Shown in pieces: positions 10,838 to 22,000 of a stretch of 64,000 nucleotides of DNA. Origin of the DNA: a virus. Position 1 is the stretch's first letter; each line of letters starts with the position of its first letter. The position numbers and the translations under genes are program-made. A model generated the notes under the pieces. It worked only from the letters and a program-made list of their open reading frames with translations, was not told where the DNA came from and did not search any database. Location of the stretch: IMG/VR virus record IMGVR_UViG_3300034064_001073, positions 1 through 64,000 of that record, one strand, 5' to 3'.

Positions 10838-12214
10838 TTATTTTGTTATATAGTCAATAACTGTATTCGCAGTATTAACAGTTGCGTTCCAAGCTGCTTG
10901 GGTTCGACTAGCTTTTGCTGGTATAGCAACAGTTCCTGGCTGTGTAACTGGAATAGGTGGATATTCGGTAACGTCACGTCCATCTTGAGGCGACATAAGC
11001 GCAGTACTATCTATTTCAACCTTTGGCTTTGGCGCAACACAAGAGTTAATAACAACAGCAGGCGCAGCCGGGGGAGGTTTCGCAACTACATATCCGTCAG
11101 GAAGAGGAATACCAAGTCCTTCCTGAAATCGATCTCTGCTTTCATCTGCGCTTTGAGGCAAATTAAACTCAGACCAGTTTTTTACTGGCCGACAATCTGG
11201 GGGCTTGCCATCTGGCCTAGTAAATACTCTCTTAACATGCTCACTTAGACCCCTGCTCCAATAACCACTTGTCCTACCGGCTGTGTCACCCGCGCCACTA
11301 AAATCGAAATGCATAGAATCCAGAACAACGTTTGTCGCAAAGTCGGGTGAAAAAGGCTTACCATCAAGTTCATACACGGCTTGGAATCGCCCCGTAAACT
11401 CGGGCTTATCGTCCTTACCCCACTCAACCAGGGTTATACCATGATAACCTGGTCCGTCTGTCTTCTTTAGACTTTCCAATGTCGGTTGCTCACCTACTCT
11501 GTAAGTCTTAGCGTTTTCATTGCCAAAGTACCCGCCCCATCTTACACCTATATTCGTATCTGTATCTGGAGGGTCAACTTGTACTGTATCTTTGATTGAG
11601 GTACCTTCTTCATTTCTTGGATCTGTATTCTCTACTCCGTTCTCATCAAATTCTCTTCTATGACCAAGTTTTGATCTTTCTCTGCCTCCCTCAATGTATC
11701 GCAAATCACTCCAGTCTACCGTCTCACCATTATCATCTTTGACTATATTTGTTATGATGCACTTAGCTACACACTGGGCAAATAATTCATAAGCTCTAAA
11801 AGTTCTTACATTTCTTATATTGCCAAGGACTTTACCTTCATTCGTAATAAGATGTATATCTATAGCTCTGCCTCCGCCATGATTTGAGGTCTTCCCAGCT
11901 ACTGATCTAAGAATAGACCCGCTCGCGTCTTTTCCTTGTACCCCCGTCAGCTCTCCAGATAAAGTACTGTCACCTATACGCTCGCCAGTTGAAACTTGCC
12001 ATCCATTTGGTAAATACTTACTAGCTTCTCTTATCATTAATTCTAATCTTGGATCTGCATCAACCTTGCATCCGAATGCTTTTGGAGCAGCCCAGCCACC
12101 AGGAGGCTGTAAAAGAAAGTCTTTTCTTAGATACCGAGTTCTAGCTTCTCCGCCACGAACATACCTATCCGTACCAAAAAGATATTTTGCTTCTCTTTCG
12201 CTTTGCTTGCTCAT
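10838..12214 (-). CDS. M15-family (L-Ala-D-Glu type) peptidoglycan peptidase, paralogue of the hub N-terminus
   Basis: 458 aa. SNHGGGRAIDI, VRWGGYF, DSMHFDF. Shares long blocks with the hub N-terminus (VDADPRL.LMI..ASKYLPNGW.V, YELFAQ, P..NWS.F.LPQ.A.ES...F...LGIP). Confidence 0.75.
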   Translation of the reverse strand: MSKQSEREAKYLFGTDRYVRGGEARTRYLRKDFLLQPPGGWAAPKAFGCKVDADPRLELMIREASKYLPNGWQVSTGERIGDSTLSGELTGVQGKDASGSILRSVAGKTSNHGGGRAIDIHLITNEGKVLGNIRNVRTFRAYELFAQCVAKCIITNIVKDDNGETVDWSDLRYIEGGRERSKLGHRREFDENGVENTDPRNEEGTSIKDTVQVDPPDTDTNIGVRWGGYFGNENAKTYRVGEQPTLESLKKTDGPGYHGITLVEWGKDDKPEFTGRFQAVYELDGKPFSPDFATNVVLDSMHFDFSGAGDTAGRTSGYWSRGLSEHVKRVFTRPDGKPPDCRPVKNWSEFNLPQSADESRDRFQEGLGIPLPDGYVVAKPPPAAPAVVINSCVAPKPKVEIDSTALMSPQDGRDVTEYPPIPVTQPGTVAIPAKASRTQAAWNATVNTANTVIDYITK

Positions 12215-12244
12215 AACAACACCTTATAAGATTAGTGTATTCTT
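12215..12244 (-). promoter_or_regulatory. candidate phage promoter/leader motif AAGAATAYACT-N4-TTATA-N10-ATG (copy 1)
   Basis: Minus strand reads AAGAATACACT AATC TTATA AGGTGTTGTT ATG. Same motif and spacing at 27969-27998. Confidence 0.45.
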
Positions 12245-12292
12245 CACATTATTTTATCTTTAATTAGAAAATTAGATTAATCTTTCTTTTTA

Positions 12293-14722
12293 CTAGGTCT
12301 TTTTTTTAGGGATAACCTCTATTGGAATTGCAGCTCCATTTGAGTTAATATATCTACCAAGAAGTTGCCCGTCGCCAATTTGACCTTCTTTTCCTGGATT
12401 CTCTGTATTGTAAGCTTCTCTTTGGGCTTTCCACGCCTCTTTTTCTGAGCTTAAATCAGGATTTAATATTTCTATAATTTGATAATTTGCTCCTGAGTAT
12501 CGACTCTTTACTGCGCCGGCAATCTTTGTGTAAGGCGGAGCTGCTGCCTTGAATGCTTCAGGCTGGTAATAGAAAGGTTCTTTACTTGTAGAAGGAGTAG
12601 TTCCCCATCCTTGCATTCCAAAATAAATTGAGAAAAAATTAAAACTATCTTCTTGTGCCCTTTGTACAAATCCATTTCCTAGTTTAGTTTCCAACACCCC
12701 TTCAATATTTTGTGACTCCATCTGATCTTCTACAGGAGCATCTACAAATCGCTCATAAGTTACACCACCTAAGGCATCTTGGTATGATTTATAAACTTTA
12801 CCGAATATAGCTTCTTGTATTTTTGGTTTAATATTAGAGTAATAATTACTAATTCTAGCAGAATAGTTCGCAAACAAATACGCAGCATTTGGCGTATTAA
12901 CAGACCCAACCGGAACCATATACAAAGGTGAATCTTTCAAATTAGTTTTTGTAGGCTCTACAAAAGAAGTATACGCCTTTTTGTAATATCCTTGAATATC
13001 CTCTTTCATTTTGTCAACAAATGTTTTCCATATACAAGCAAAGAAAAAGCGCTCGCCATCTGGCTCTTCACTTAAAATCCATCCCTTTCTCCATTCGTCA
13101 CTATTCTCATGAACTTTATTTTGTACTTCTTTTTTTGAATATCTTTTTGTATATAAAAATGGATGTGCGTCTAAGTTGCAGTTTTTAAACCAATCTCCAT
13201 ATCCTGTTCCTAGGTGTATCTCAGGTCTTATTTCCTGATCATCCCACGAGGCAACCGCTGGATCAGTCCACTGATATTTATCAGTTATTTTTGCTGCTTG
13301 TAAGAAAGCATCAGTCTTGATAACCCACTTAGAACCAGACTGCCCAGCAAAATGAGTTACATAAAAAAGATAATAAGGAAAAGTAATAGGATTTTCTGCT
13401 AATCTTTCATTGTCTGTTCGTAATGTCTTATCTATTAATCCAATTCTTGCACGCTCAGCTGCTTCAGATTCTTCTCTTTTTTGAACACTTTTAAGATTTT
13501 CGGCTCTTGCTTCTTCTGCGCTTGTCTTTCCAACCGCTACTGTAACTGGGAAAATTCCTTTTACTCCCCCCAGCTTGTAAGCGTCTTGTATAAGTGAAAA
13601 TCGACTTAACATCTCTCCGCCATAAGCAATAATAAAAGCTATTTCATCTGGATAATATCTACAATCAATAAAAAATCTTTTATCAGTGCGTTTCGTTCCT
13701 ATCGCTTCTTTTGTGACTGGATCTATTATTGCTCTATTTTTAGCTCTTGGAAGGAAATAGAAAGGAAAAAAACTGTACTCTGGATTTATTTTTAAAATTT
13801 CTTTTCCATCTATGTTTACTTTAATAGTCAAAGGAAATTTATGAGAATTTGGAAGTTCCTTTACTAACGCTGCAAGGTCTGAGTCATTCTCATAAATTTC
13901 TCTTTGTCGGTTATATTCAGTTATATATTCTGGCTTAAGTAATTCTTTATATTTTTTAGCTGCAACCACTACAGCTTCATACGTAATATTAGTATATTGT
14001 AATTGTCCACTGGCACTACTTGCTGTATTAAAACTAAAGAATTTATTTCCGGACTCACGAGTTGCCATAGCTGCCATTAAAACTGGGAAACAAAAATTAG
14101 GAATAAAACTATACTCAGCCGACATTTTTGTTAAGTCTAGGTTTAGATGAGTCATATTAAAAGTTAGGATTCCGCTTGAACTTGAGACTTGTAAGTCGGG
14201 GGCACTTCCTGCTGCTCCTGCGGGAGGAACATAACCAGGAGCACCTGGAACAGGAGGTCCACCTGGCCTAGGTGGTGTCGCTGCTCTAGGACCTGGTACT
14301 ACTGGTGTAGTAGGCGGAGTCGTTGGATTTGGGCGCGCTCGACGTCGTGCTTCTTCGTCACGCATTACTTGATCTCTTTGTTGCATTGCTTTTCGTGCCT
14401 GATCAACGTCTGCGTCATGTGCCTCCTCTTCTTCTAATGTCCAACCGCGGTAAGCTGCTTGTCCTCTATTAACCAACCTTGTACCTTGGTCAATTGGCCA
14501 CGAAACAATATCATTGCCTACGCTGGCTAGACGTGAATACCAAGGCTGAGGAGGAATTGCTGGCAAATTAGGATTAAGAGGTGGTAATCCAGGAGTAGGA
14601 GTAGCCAAAGATGTAGCACCAGGAGGCGCTAAAAATGCTGCGTTGCCAGCAGGTGCTGGTTGAGGACTAGCGGCAGCAGGTCGTCTTGTAGGTGTGCTTG
14701 GACTTCTTTGTCTATCTCCCAT
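12293..14722 (-). CDS. virion protein with Pro-rich N-terminus and lytic transglycosylase (SLT/lysozyme-like) domain
   Basis: 809 aa. MAAMATRESGNKFFSFNTASSASGQLQY (catalytic E about 223, A.G..Q motif) and a later YLFYVTHFAGQSG segment. Located in the baseplate cluster. Confidence 0.6.
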   Translation of the reverse strand: MGDRQRSPSTPTRRPAAASPQPAPAGNAAFLAPPGATSLATPTPGLPPLNPNLPAIPPQPWYSRLASVGNDIVSWPIDQGTRLVNRGQAAYRGWTLEEEEAHDADVDQARKAMQQRDQVMRDEEARRRARPNPTTPPTTPVVPGPRAATPPRPGGPPVPGAPGYVPPAGAAGSAPDLQVSSSSGILTFNMTHLNLDLTKMSAEYSFIPNFCFPVLMAAMATRESGNKFFSFNTASSASGQLQYTNITYEAVVVAAKKYKELLKPEYITEYNRQREIYENDSDLAALVKELPNSHKFPLTIKVNIDGKEILKINPEYSFFPFYFLPRAKNRAIIDPVTKEAIGTKRTDKRFFIDCRYYPDEIAFIIAYGGEMLSRFSLIQDAYKLGGVKGIFPVTVAVGKTSAEEARAENLKSVQKREESEAAERARIGLIDKTLRTDNERLAENPITFPYYLFYVTHFAGQSGSKWVIKTDAFLQAAKITDKYQWTDPAVASWDDQEIRPEIHLGTGYGDWFKNCNLDAHPFLYTKRYSKKEVQNKVHENSDEWRKGWILSEEPDGERFFFACIWKTFVDKMKEDIQGYYKKAYTSFVEPTKTNLKDSPLYMVPVGSVNTPNAAYLFANYSARISNYYSNIKPKIQEAIFGKVYKSYQDALGGVTYERFVDAPVEDQMESQNIEGVLETKLGNGFVQRAQEDSFNFFSIYFGMQGWGTTPSTSKEPFYYQPEAFKAAAPPYTKIAGAVKSRYSGANYQIIEILNPDLSSEKEAWKAQREAYNTENPGKEGQIGDGQLLGRYINSNGAAIPIEVIPKKKT

Positions 14723-14746
14723 AGCTTTTCCTTTTATAATTAATAA

Positions 14747-16090
14747 TTAAGGGCCAATACCTGCAGCACCAGATGCTGTCATACTCGCAGCCATTGTTGT
14801 TTCTAGCTCTGCGAACGCGGCTATCTCTTCTTCAGTATATCCTTCTTTGATTAACTGCATATCACCTTGCATTCTAATCTTAAATAAGCGTGCACGATCA
14901 AGCGCTAACTTTCTTTTGTAATAGGTTCTTATAGTATCTGCGACTACCGGATCAATTTGAATAGATTTAAATTCTTTCCACTTTAATACAATAGCATCAC
15001 CAAGGTCATGATTCTGTGAATTATATGGACTAATTTTTGTAAAGTCATATCTATTAAGAGTTACATCTTGTTCATTATTAACAATTTTTTGTGCCCATCT
15101 TGCATGTAGCCAGTCGATATATTGCTTATACAGAGTACTCTCATATGGAAATTGTGTAATATCACTTGTTACCATAAAGTCCCTATCAAGACTATTTATA
15201 GAGTCTACAGTTTGATATGCAGGATTAACAACTGAGCAATCACTTTCTGTCGTTGTTGCTGTTGCTCTATCTCTTAATTTGGGATTCACATACCAACTTT
15301 TTGAACCAAAATAATACGTTCTTGACTCAGGTGTATCTTCTGACTCATCAAGTCGAGTTGGATATTTATGCCAGTCAGGAAGTTTACGTAGTATTCCTTC
15401 GTAGTTCATATTCACATCAAAGAAAGAAGACCCATTCTTGGCATCCCAATTCTTTTTGAAAAGCCACTTATCACTATAAGGCGTATAGCCAAGAGGACTC
15501 ATAGTCAAGGACGCAACAAGCGTACCAGGTTCTCCTGGGCTAGTTGACATTGCTAAGTTATGCATACAAAAAACCATATTGTGAGTAAGTGGAATTTTAA
15601 GCTTTGCTCTTAGATATGCATTCTCAACAACAGAAAAAGGAATATGTTTAAACTGAATAATTAAGTCTAATATTCCTCCACGTTTTTGCGTATTATTATT
15701 TTCATAATCATTTGTGTATTTTGCTGGACCTACCTCGCTAGTTCTATCATCAATATTAACAATTGAATTTTTACTTACAATATTCAAGTTAATTGTAAAG
15801 ATTTCACTTGCAATCCCAACAGGTATCTTAGAAGCTGAATTACTTCTTAAGCTTTGAAATTCCGCATAAGAATTTTCTTCCTGCGAACTTATTCTTTCAG
15901 GTGGAACTTCAAAATACAGATCATTAATCCAAAAGGCATGATTGAACTTATCACCATACTCTTGGTATCCAGTATTTAGCAAAGCATCGCTAACTGTTTC
16001 TCCATCAACATTTTCATCTAAGTAATTCTTAGCAGCATAAGAGTCTATTCTAGCTCTTCCACCACCAGCGTTATATCTATTATCAGCCAT
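14747..16090 (-). CDS. tail/baseplate structural protein (possible tube-initiator or hub N-terminal-like)
   Basis: 447 aa. TAATG overlap with the upstream giant gene. FWINDLYFEVPPERIS resembles tube-initiator starts. Mostly positional. Confidence 0.4.
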   Translation of the reverse strand: MADNRYNAGGGRARIDSYAAKNYLDENVDGETVSDALLNTGYQEYGDKFNHAFWINDLYFEVPPERISSQEENSYAEFQSLRSNSASKIPVGIASEIFTINLNIVSKNSIVNIDDRTSEVGPAKYTNDYENNNTQKRGGILDLIIQFKHIPFSVVENAYLRAKLKIPLTHNMVFCMHNLAMSTSPGEPGTLVASLTMSPLGYTPYSDKWLFKKNWDAKNGSSFFDVNMNYEGILRKLPDWHKYPTRLDESEDTPESRTYYFGSKSWYVNPKLRDRATATTTESDCSVVNPAYQTVDSINSLDRDFMVTSDITQFPYESTLYKQYIDWLHARWAQKIVNNEQDVTLNRYDFTKISPYNSQNHDLGDAIVLKWKEFKSIQIDPVVADTIRTYYKRKLALDRARLFKIRMQGDMQLIKEGYTEEEIAAFAELETTMAASMTASGAAGIGP

Positions 16091-19000
16091 TATAGTTGCC
16101 TCTCCAAATCCGAAGGGATATTGTAATTGTGATTAATTTTTACGCCAACTTGTGCACCTGGAATTATTCCCTGAATAGATCTTGCATATTCAACAGGATT
16201 AGTTTTATCAACAATCATTCCTCTGTTAGATATTCTTACAGCCGCGTTATTCAAATAAGATTTAGAAGCAATAGAGTTAGGAGAACTCATAGCGCCAGAC
16301 ATCTCAGCAGAGCCGGCACTTCTTGCCATTTCTTCATCTTGGGTTTGATTATAATTCGAGTAGTTATCACTAAGAAGATTTCCACTATTGATAAGTTTCA
16401 TATCTGCATTAGTTGGGGTCATCATCATTCTACCAGGTGGCGGTGGTGGGACATCTACTAATGGTTCGTCGTCGTATCCTGAGTTAAACAAAGCATAGGC
16501 TCCTGCTGTTACAGCTGCACCAACCATACCTGCTCTCGCAAATTTATTAGCAAAAAGAGACTTAGCAGATTCCTTGTTTTCTTTAAGCTCTTTCTGGGCT
16601 AACTGTTTTGCTACTGAGTTTTTACCTCTGCCAGCTGCTTTTGCTTTTTCTGTTGCATTTAAACGTGCGAGATCTTCTGCTCCAAAGCTAGAAGCATTAG
16701 CGCCAGTTAATGCGTCTTTAAACTCAGTGACTTTTTTCTTAAACTCTTGACGCTTTGCTTCTGGTAATGCAGACATAGCAAAATCAATAAGCATATCGCT
16801 TCTGCCAGAGTCAAGTTGATGTAAAGCAAACTCAGAGTCTGCACTACCTGATAGGTAAGAATTCAATATATCTCCTGCTGTTGTCTTTTCTGATTTCTTA
16901 CCACCGCCAGCTAGAATAGAAGCTCTTGCTAATGAGAACGAACCTAACGTGGCATCGCTGGTTTCATCAATCTTGTCTGCATCTCTAAATCCAAAATCTT
17001 TCAAAAGACTCTTATACTCAGCTAAACCTTTTGTTAAATCTTCATTTTCCAACGCAGAATGGAAACGACTGTATAGAAGTTTTCTAGGTGACATAGCCAT
17101 ATGCTTGAAACCAACAGCTTTCTGCTCTAGAGCTTGCAAGAAGTTTGACATCTCTTCTGACGAGCCTCGATCAATGCCACCTGTGCTTCTCATAACATAG
17201 TTTATTTTATGTAGTGCTCTAGCTGTATTTGAAATAATACCGACATCTTCTTGTCCAACTTGTCTCATGAAAGCGGTTTGTTTTCTAGTTAACTTGACGC
17301 TACCACCAGTAAGTAACTTCTGTAGACTTTCATCAATTGCTTTTTCGTTTGCCATACTTCTCATATCATAGTTCTTTTGTCTTTGATATTGAGTTGAAAG
17401 ATTTGGCGCGCTAATTAAATCTGAGATTCCCTCCCAGTAATCTTTAATGTTCTTACCACTTCTATTTCTATTACCTGCACCTACAGCCATAACAGCAGCT
17501 GTGTCTCCGTCAAAGTCAGATGAAGTTTTACCAGATATAAAAGCACCAATTCTTTTCCAGATTTCCTGACCATCTATGTCGACTTTCTCACCTAGAATAT
17601 TAGCTGTATATCCTCCAGTCTTGTCTCTTCGAGGATCGTAATACCCAGCCATCGTAGAAACTGACTCTACGCTAATCTGAGGATTTTGCCAACCCATAAC
17701 AGCGTATTTCTTTCCTTCTTCTAAGACTCCTCGTTTCATTTTCTTTAAATAGTTTTTCTCACTAGCAGAAGCACCTCTCATCATTTCGTCAAAGTGGCCT
17801 TCAATAACTCTTTTACTCATACCTATTCCATAGCCTTGAGTTTCCTTTGCTACTTTATCATCTAAGTTTGCAATGACCATGCCATACTCAGCACCACGTA
17901 GTCTTCCTTCAAAGGGGGCGTTAAAGGCTTCCATGCCTTTTCTCGCCCCAACATCCATCAACTTTCTACGTAGGTCTAGAAAGGCCTTCTTATCCACGTC
18001 TGCAATGTTTGTTTCAACTGTATTTAATACTTCAGTTATCATTTCTTGCAAGTCTGTGTCTTCTACATTTCTACCAGCTCTGCTATCTCTTAGAGATAAC
18101 TTCTTAACATCATCAGCAGATGGTATGTAAATATGGCCGCCTTCATGCTTTAAGAATCCGCCTTTAGTTTTAATCCTGTTAAAAGCTGTTCTTCGTGCAG
18201 GTTCAGCTTCTTGTTTTGTAAAATCCAAAACGCGGTCTTGTTTTACTATTTCTCTATTTGAGTTCTTTGCAAAGCTAGCTAACTGAGATACATAACTAGG
18301 ATCAAAAGTTTGTATTCTTTGTTGTATTGTTTCCCATACTTTTTTCATATGTCCATGTCTTTCGTTTTGCGAATCCATCAATTGATAAAAGATATGGTCA
18401 ATAAAACGACGTTCCATTCTTGCATCATTACCAGGTGTTATTGATGAAGAATCTGCAACTCCATGCAAAGATAAATTGAATACCATTTTTGAGTTTTTAA
18501 TCCCAGACTGAACAGAGGATACGAAATCTTTATCTATACCTAAGTCAACAAGAGCTTGAACTCCTTCATTCGAATTTAACATTGTTTCAAATGTACTTCC
18601 CTGCTCAAAGCCAAATACATTACCAAGTAACTGTTCACGTTCAGCCATTAGACTTGGATCTTCTATGAAAGCATCCTCTGCCCTTTTCAAGAAACCAATC
18701 AATGCGTTAGTATCTTCCATTGAGTAGCTTTCGCCCATTCCCTTTTTCATACCCGCATGAAATGCTTTATAGCCAGCTTCCATTGTAGCTGTATCCCCGC
18801 CTGCAACTGAGTACATAGCATCGCTAGTTATATCTCCTGCGTAATTTCTAATATCACGTAAACCTAGTAACGGATTACCAGAAGCGTCAAACTTGTTAAG
18901 AAGAAATCCTATTGCGGATTCTTGCTGAGTTCTAACATTTCTAATGTTGTCTCCCTTTATAAAGTTACGTCCTTCTCCAATGAAGGTTGTATGAGGCAAA

Positions 19001-22000
19001 GTTCTTGCTTCTGCGGTAGAGCCAGCAAAACTAGGATCCACTGCCGCAAAAGCCCCAGCAATTGCAGATGCATTTCTTGTTCCAAGTATTTCATTAGCTT
19101 TCCCTGTTCTAACAGAGTCTCGCATTGAGCTCCAGGCACTATGAGTTGCATCAGAATCATATCCAGGAAGTTGATCTTTGAAATCTGCAAGCTCTTCTTT
19201 TATCTGCTTCAAAGCAGCTATATGTGCATCTCTCTGTGGCTTTAGATCTGTCTGAGCAGCAACTGTTCCAAACTGTTTAACAGTCTCTTCTTCAGCTTTT
19301 TTGCCAGCAATTGCTTTATATGCAATTGTTTTTCCTTTTCCAATCATTCTATTTAATTGTCTAAGTCTATCTGCATTTGCAAGTTTCTCTTCTTCAAAAA
19401 CTTCCCTCTCTTTTAGGCGCGGCATAAGAGATTTATTTCTCTCTATCCTAGGAATACCTGGTCCCCCTAAAGACATTCCAAAAGGTGAAACTTTGGCATC
19501 ATTCTCCATTGCCATAGTCCAGCCGCCTACGCCACCTTGCTCAAGCAAAGTAAAAGGATTCTTACCAGAGAAAAAAGATTGTAGTCCTTTTCTTTGAGAA
19601 CCACTAATACCTAGTAATTCTTCCACCATAGCAGAACTACCACCAGACGCTCCTAAATATTTATTTATAGTTTTTTTAATAACTTGCTCTGAGAATGCTC
19701 CAGGCCCATTATATGATGACGTAAGACTTTTTTGTAAATTAGGTCTTTTACCTTGCATCCAACTAGGGGCGTTTGCTTGTTTACCCTTTGTCTTCATTAA
19801 GGCTGAGCGAAATGAACTTTCAGCATCACCTAGACTTCCTAGGCCTCTTCTCTCAAATTCCTCTTGAAGACCTTTAACTTTCTTTTGTTGTCTGCTAAGT
19901 CTACTTGAAATGCTATTTTTAAGCATTTCTTTGCCATCTGGAATGCCTCCAAAATAACGATACATATTAGTAAAAACATCTCTATCTTGCTCTGGTAAAG
20001 ATTTTGTACCTGCCATATACTTAATAGTATCTTGATTTCTTTCCCAGAACTTTGCTTCTTCTTCTAAGTTGAAAAGAGCTTGGACTTCTCCAATTGCTCT
20101 TGCTTGGAAATCTTCATTCTTTACTCTTGGAGGTTTTTGTTTTCTACTTTTTAATAGCTGATCTCTTTCAGCCATTAAATCAAATAATGAAACAGATCCA
20201 GTTTCTGTTCCTTTACCAAAGCTTGGTCTAGTTGGAAAAACAGCATCAAGCAATTCAGATTCTGGGACTGTATATCTTTCTCTCTGGGACCTTAAACCAG
20301 CCTCAAGATCTGCTGTGCTTTTTTTATTCTTATTGACTCTTTTTGTCATAGAAGGACCTTTAGGTCCAGTTGGGAAAATCTCAGGCAGTCCCTCTAACAA
20401 TTCCCTTTCTTGATCAAGCGGAACTCTCTCACCTAGGGATGTTTTATAATTTTCATAAGCTTTCTCAAGAGCTCCACCCCTCAAGTTCCCCATAATTTTT
20501 CGCTCTTCGCCTCTAGTAAACTTTCTTCGTTCCCCTACTATTTTTTTCTGAGCAGCAGCCGCTTTCTTTTTGTCTGTTAACTGATCCAAAGCTTTCTTTA
20601 GCGCATCAACTTCTGGAGCACGTCTTTGCACTTCTTGATCATAAAGAGTATTTCTATTAGTTTTTGCTAATTGTTTTGCATTAGTAAAGAATTCATCTTT
20701 CTGTGCTTTTTCAAAATCTTTAACTGATTGATACTCGTCATTGGTTAATTGTTCATCAAATAAAGAACTTTCAGTGCTAGTCGTAGCACCAAAGGTCTTA
20801 GTACCTTCACCAAAGCCGCTTACTCTGCCAATGCTAAATGTATAGTCATCAGTTCCGGGAATGACATCTAAAATAGCAAGTCTTCCTTGACCAGGAACAT
20901 CTACAGTAACGTCTGTAAGGTTGTCTCCTTCGACACTCTTACCAAGCCAATCACCTTGATCTAAGAAGATTGGGTTATCTTGTAACTCTTGTCTTATAGC
21001 AGCTTGTCTGGCCGCTGCATCTCCTGTTCCTGCTTTCTCTGCAATGTCAATAATGCCTTTGAATTTCTCGTTATACTGAAATGGTTGACGAGTTGCAGGT
21101 GCACCCTTGGTTGATTTATCAATTGTAAAATGTCTTCCAGGATGTACAACTTCTTCACCTTCACTCGCGCCAACTCTAATTCTTGTACCTTCAGGAACTG
21201 CCTGTGGATTTTCTTTCATAGATCTTTTAGTAGTTAGCCAACTGCCATGTACAAAACCTATCATGCCAGATTTTTCCATATCAGCAAAAGCACCTGATCC
21301 TCTAAACGCATAGAGATCACCTAACGTAGCGCGCATGTGCTTGAGTGCTCTCTGTGAGCCTCTATTCTGTACGTTATATGCGCTAATAATATGTCTACCA
21401 GGTCGACGTCCTATATCATTTGTAGAATAAAATTGACCAGTATCAGGATTAACTTCTCCTAGAGCTGCTCTTACATAGTCTGGTGTTTGGGTATTGATAA
21501 CTTGCCCACTCGGACCTCTTTGCACTGTTCTATAGTTAAAGATATCTTTCTTAGTTTGGTTAGGACTAGTGAGTGGTTCAATTACGTAACCATGCCCCTC
21601 TGCTTGTCTTTGGAACTCATCAAACTCTCCAACTCTTGAAGAATCATCTGGGCTGAATTCATCACTCAACTGAAGATCCTCATCCATAGGGTTCATAGTT
21701 CGAACAACTTTCATCTGAGCCGCTTTAAGAGACAAGGCTCTAGACGGAGTTCTTACAGGATCTATGTACTGTAGGATTTTATATTGATCATCAGCGTCAA
21801 CATCTTTGCCACCAAACAAAGACGAACTAAGACGCCTGCCACTTTGAAGACTCTTATCAATCATTCCCATGATTGCGCCGCCTTCACGCCCATACTTACC
21901 GTTCTTGTAAACATCTCTGCCAAATAAATACTCAAGCCCAGTCATAACTTCACTGGTTTTGTCTTTATTGATTTGCATCACTCTGCCAGTTGGACTGTAC

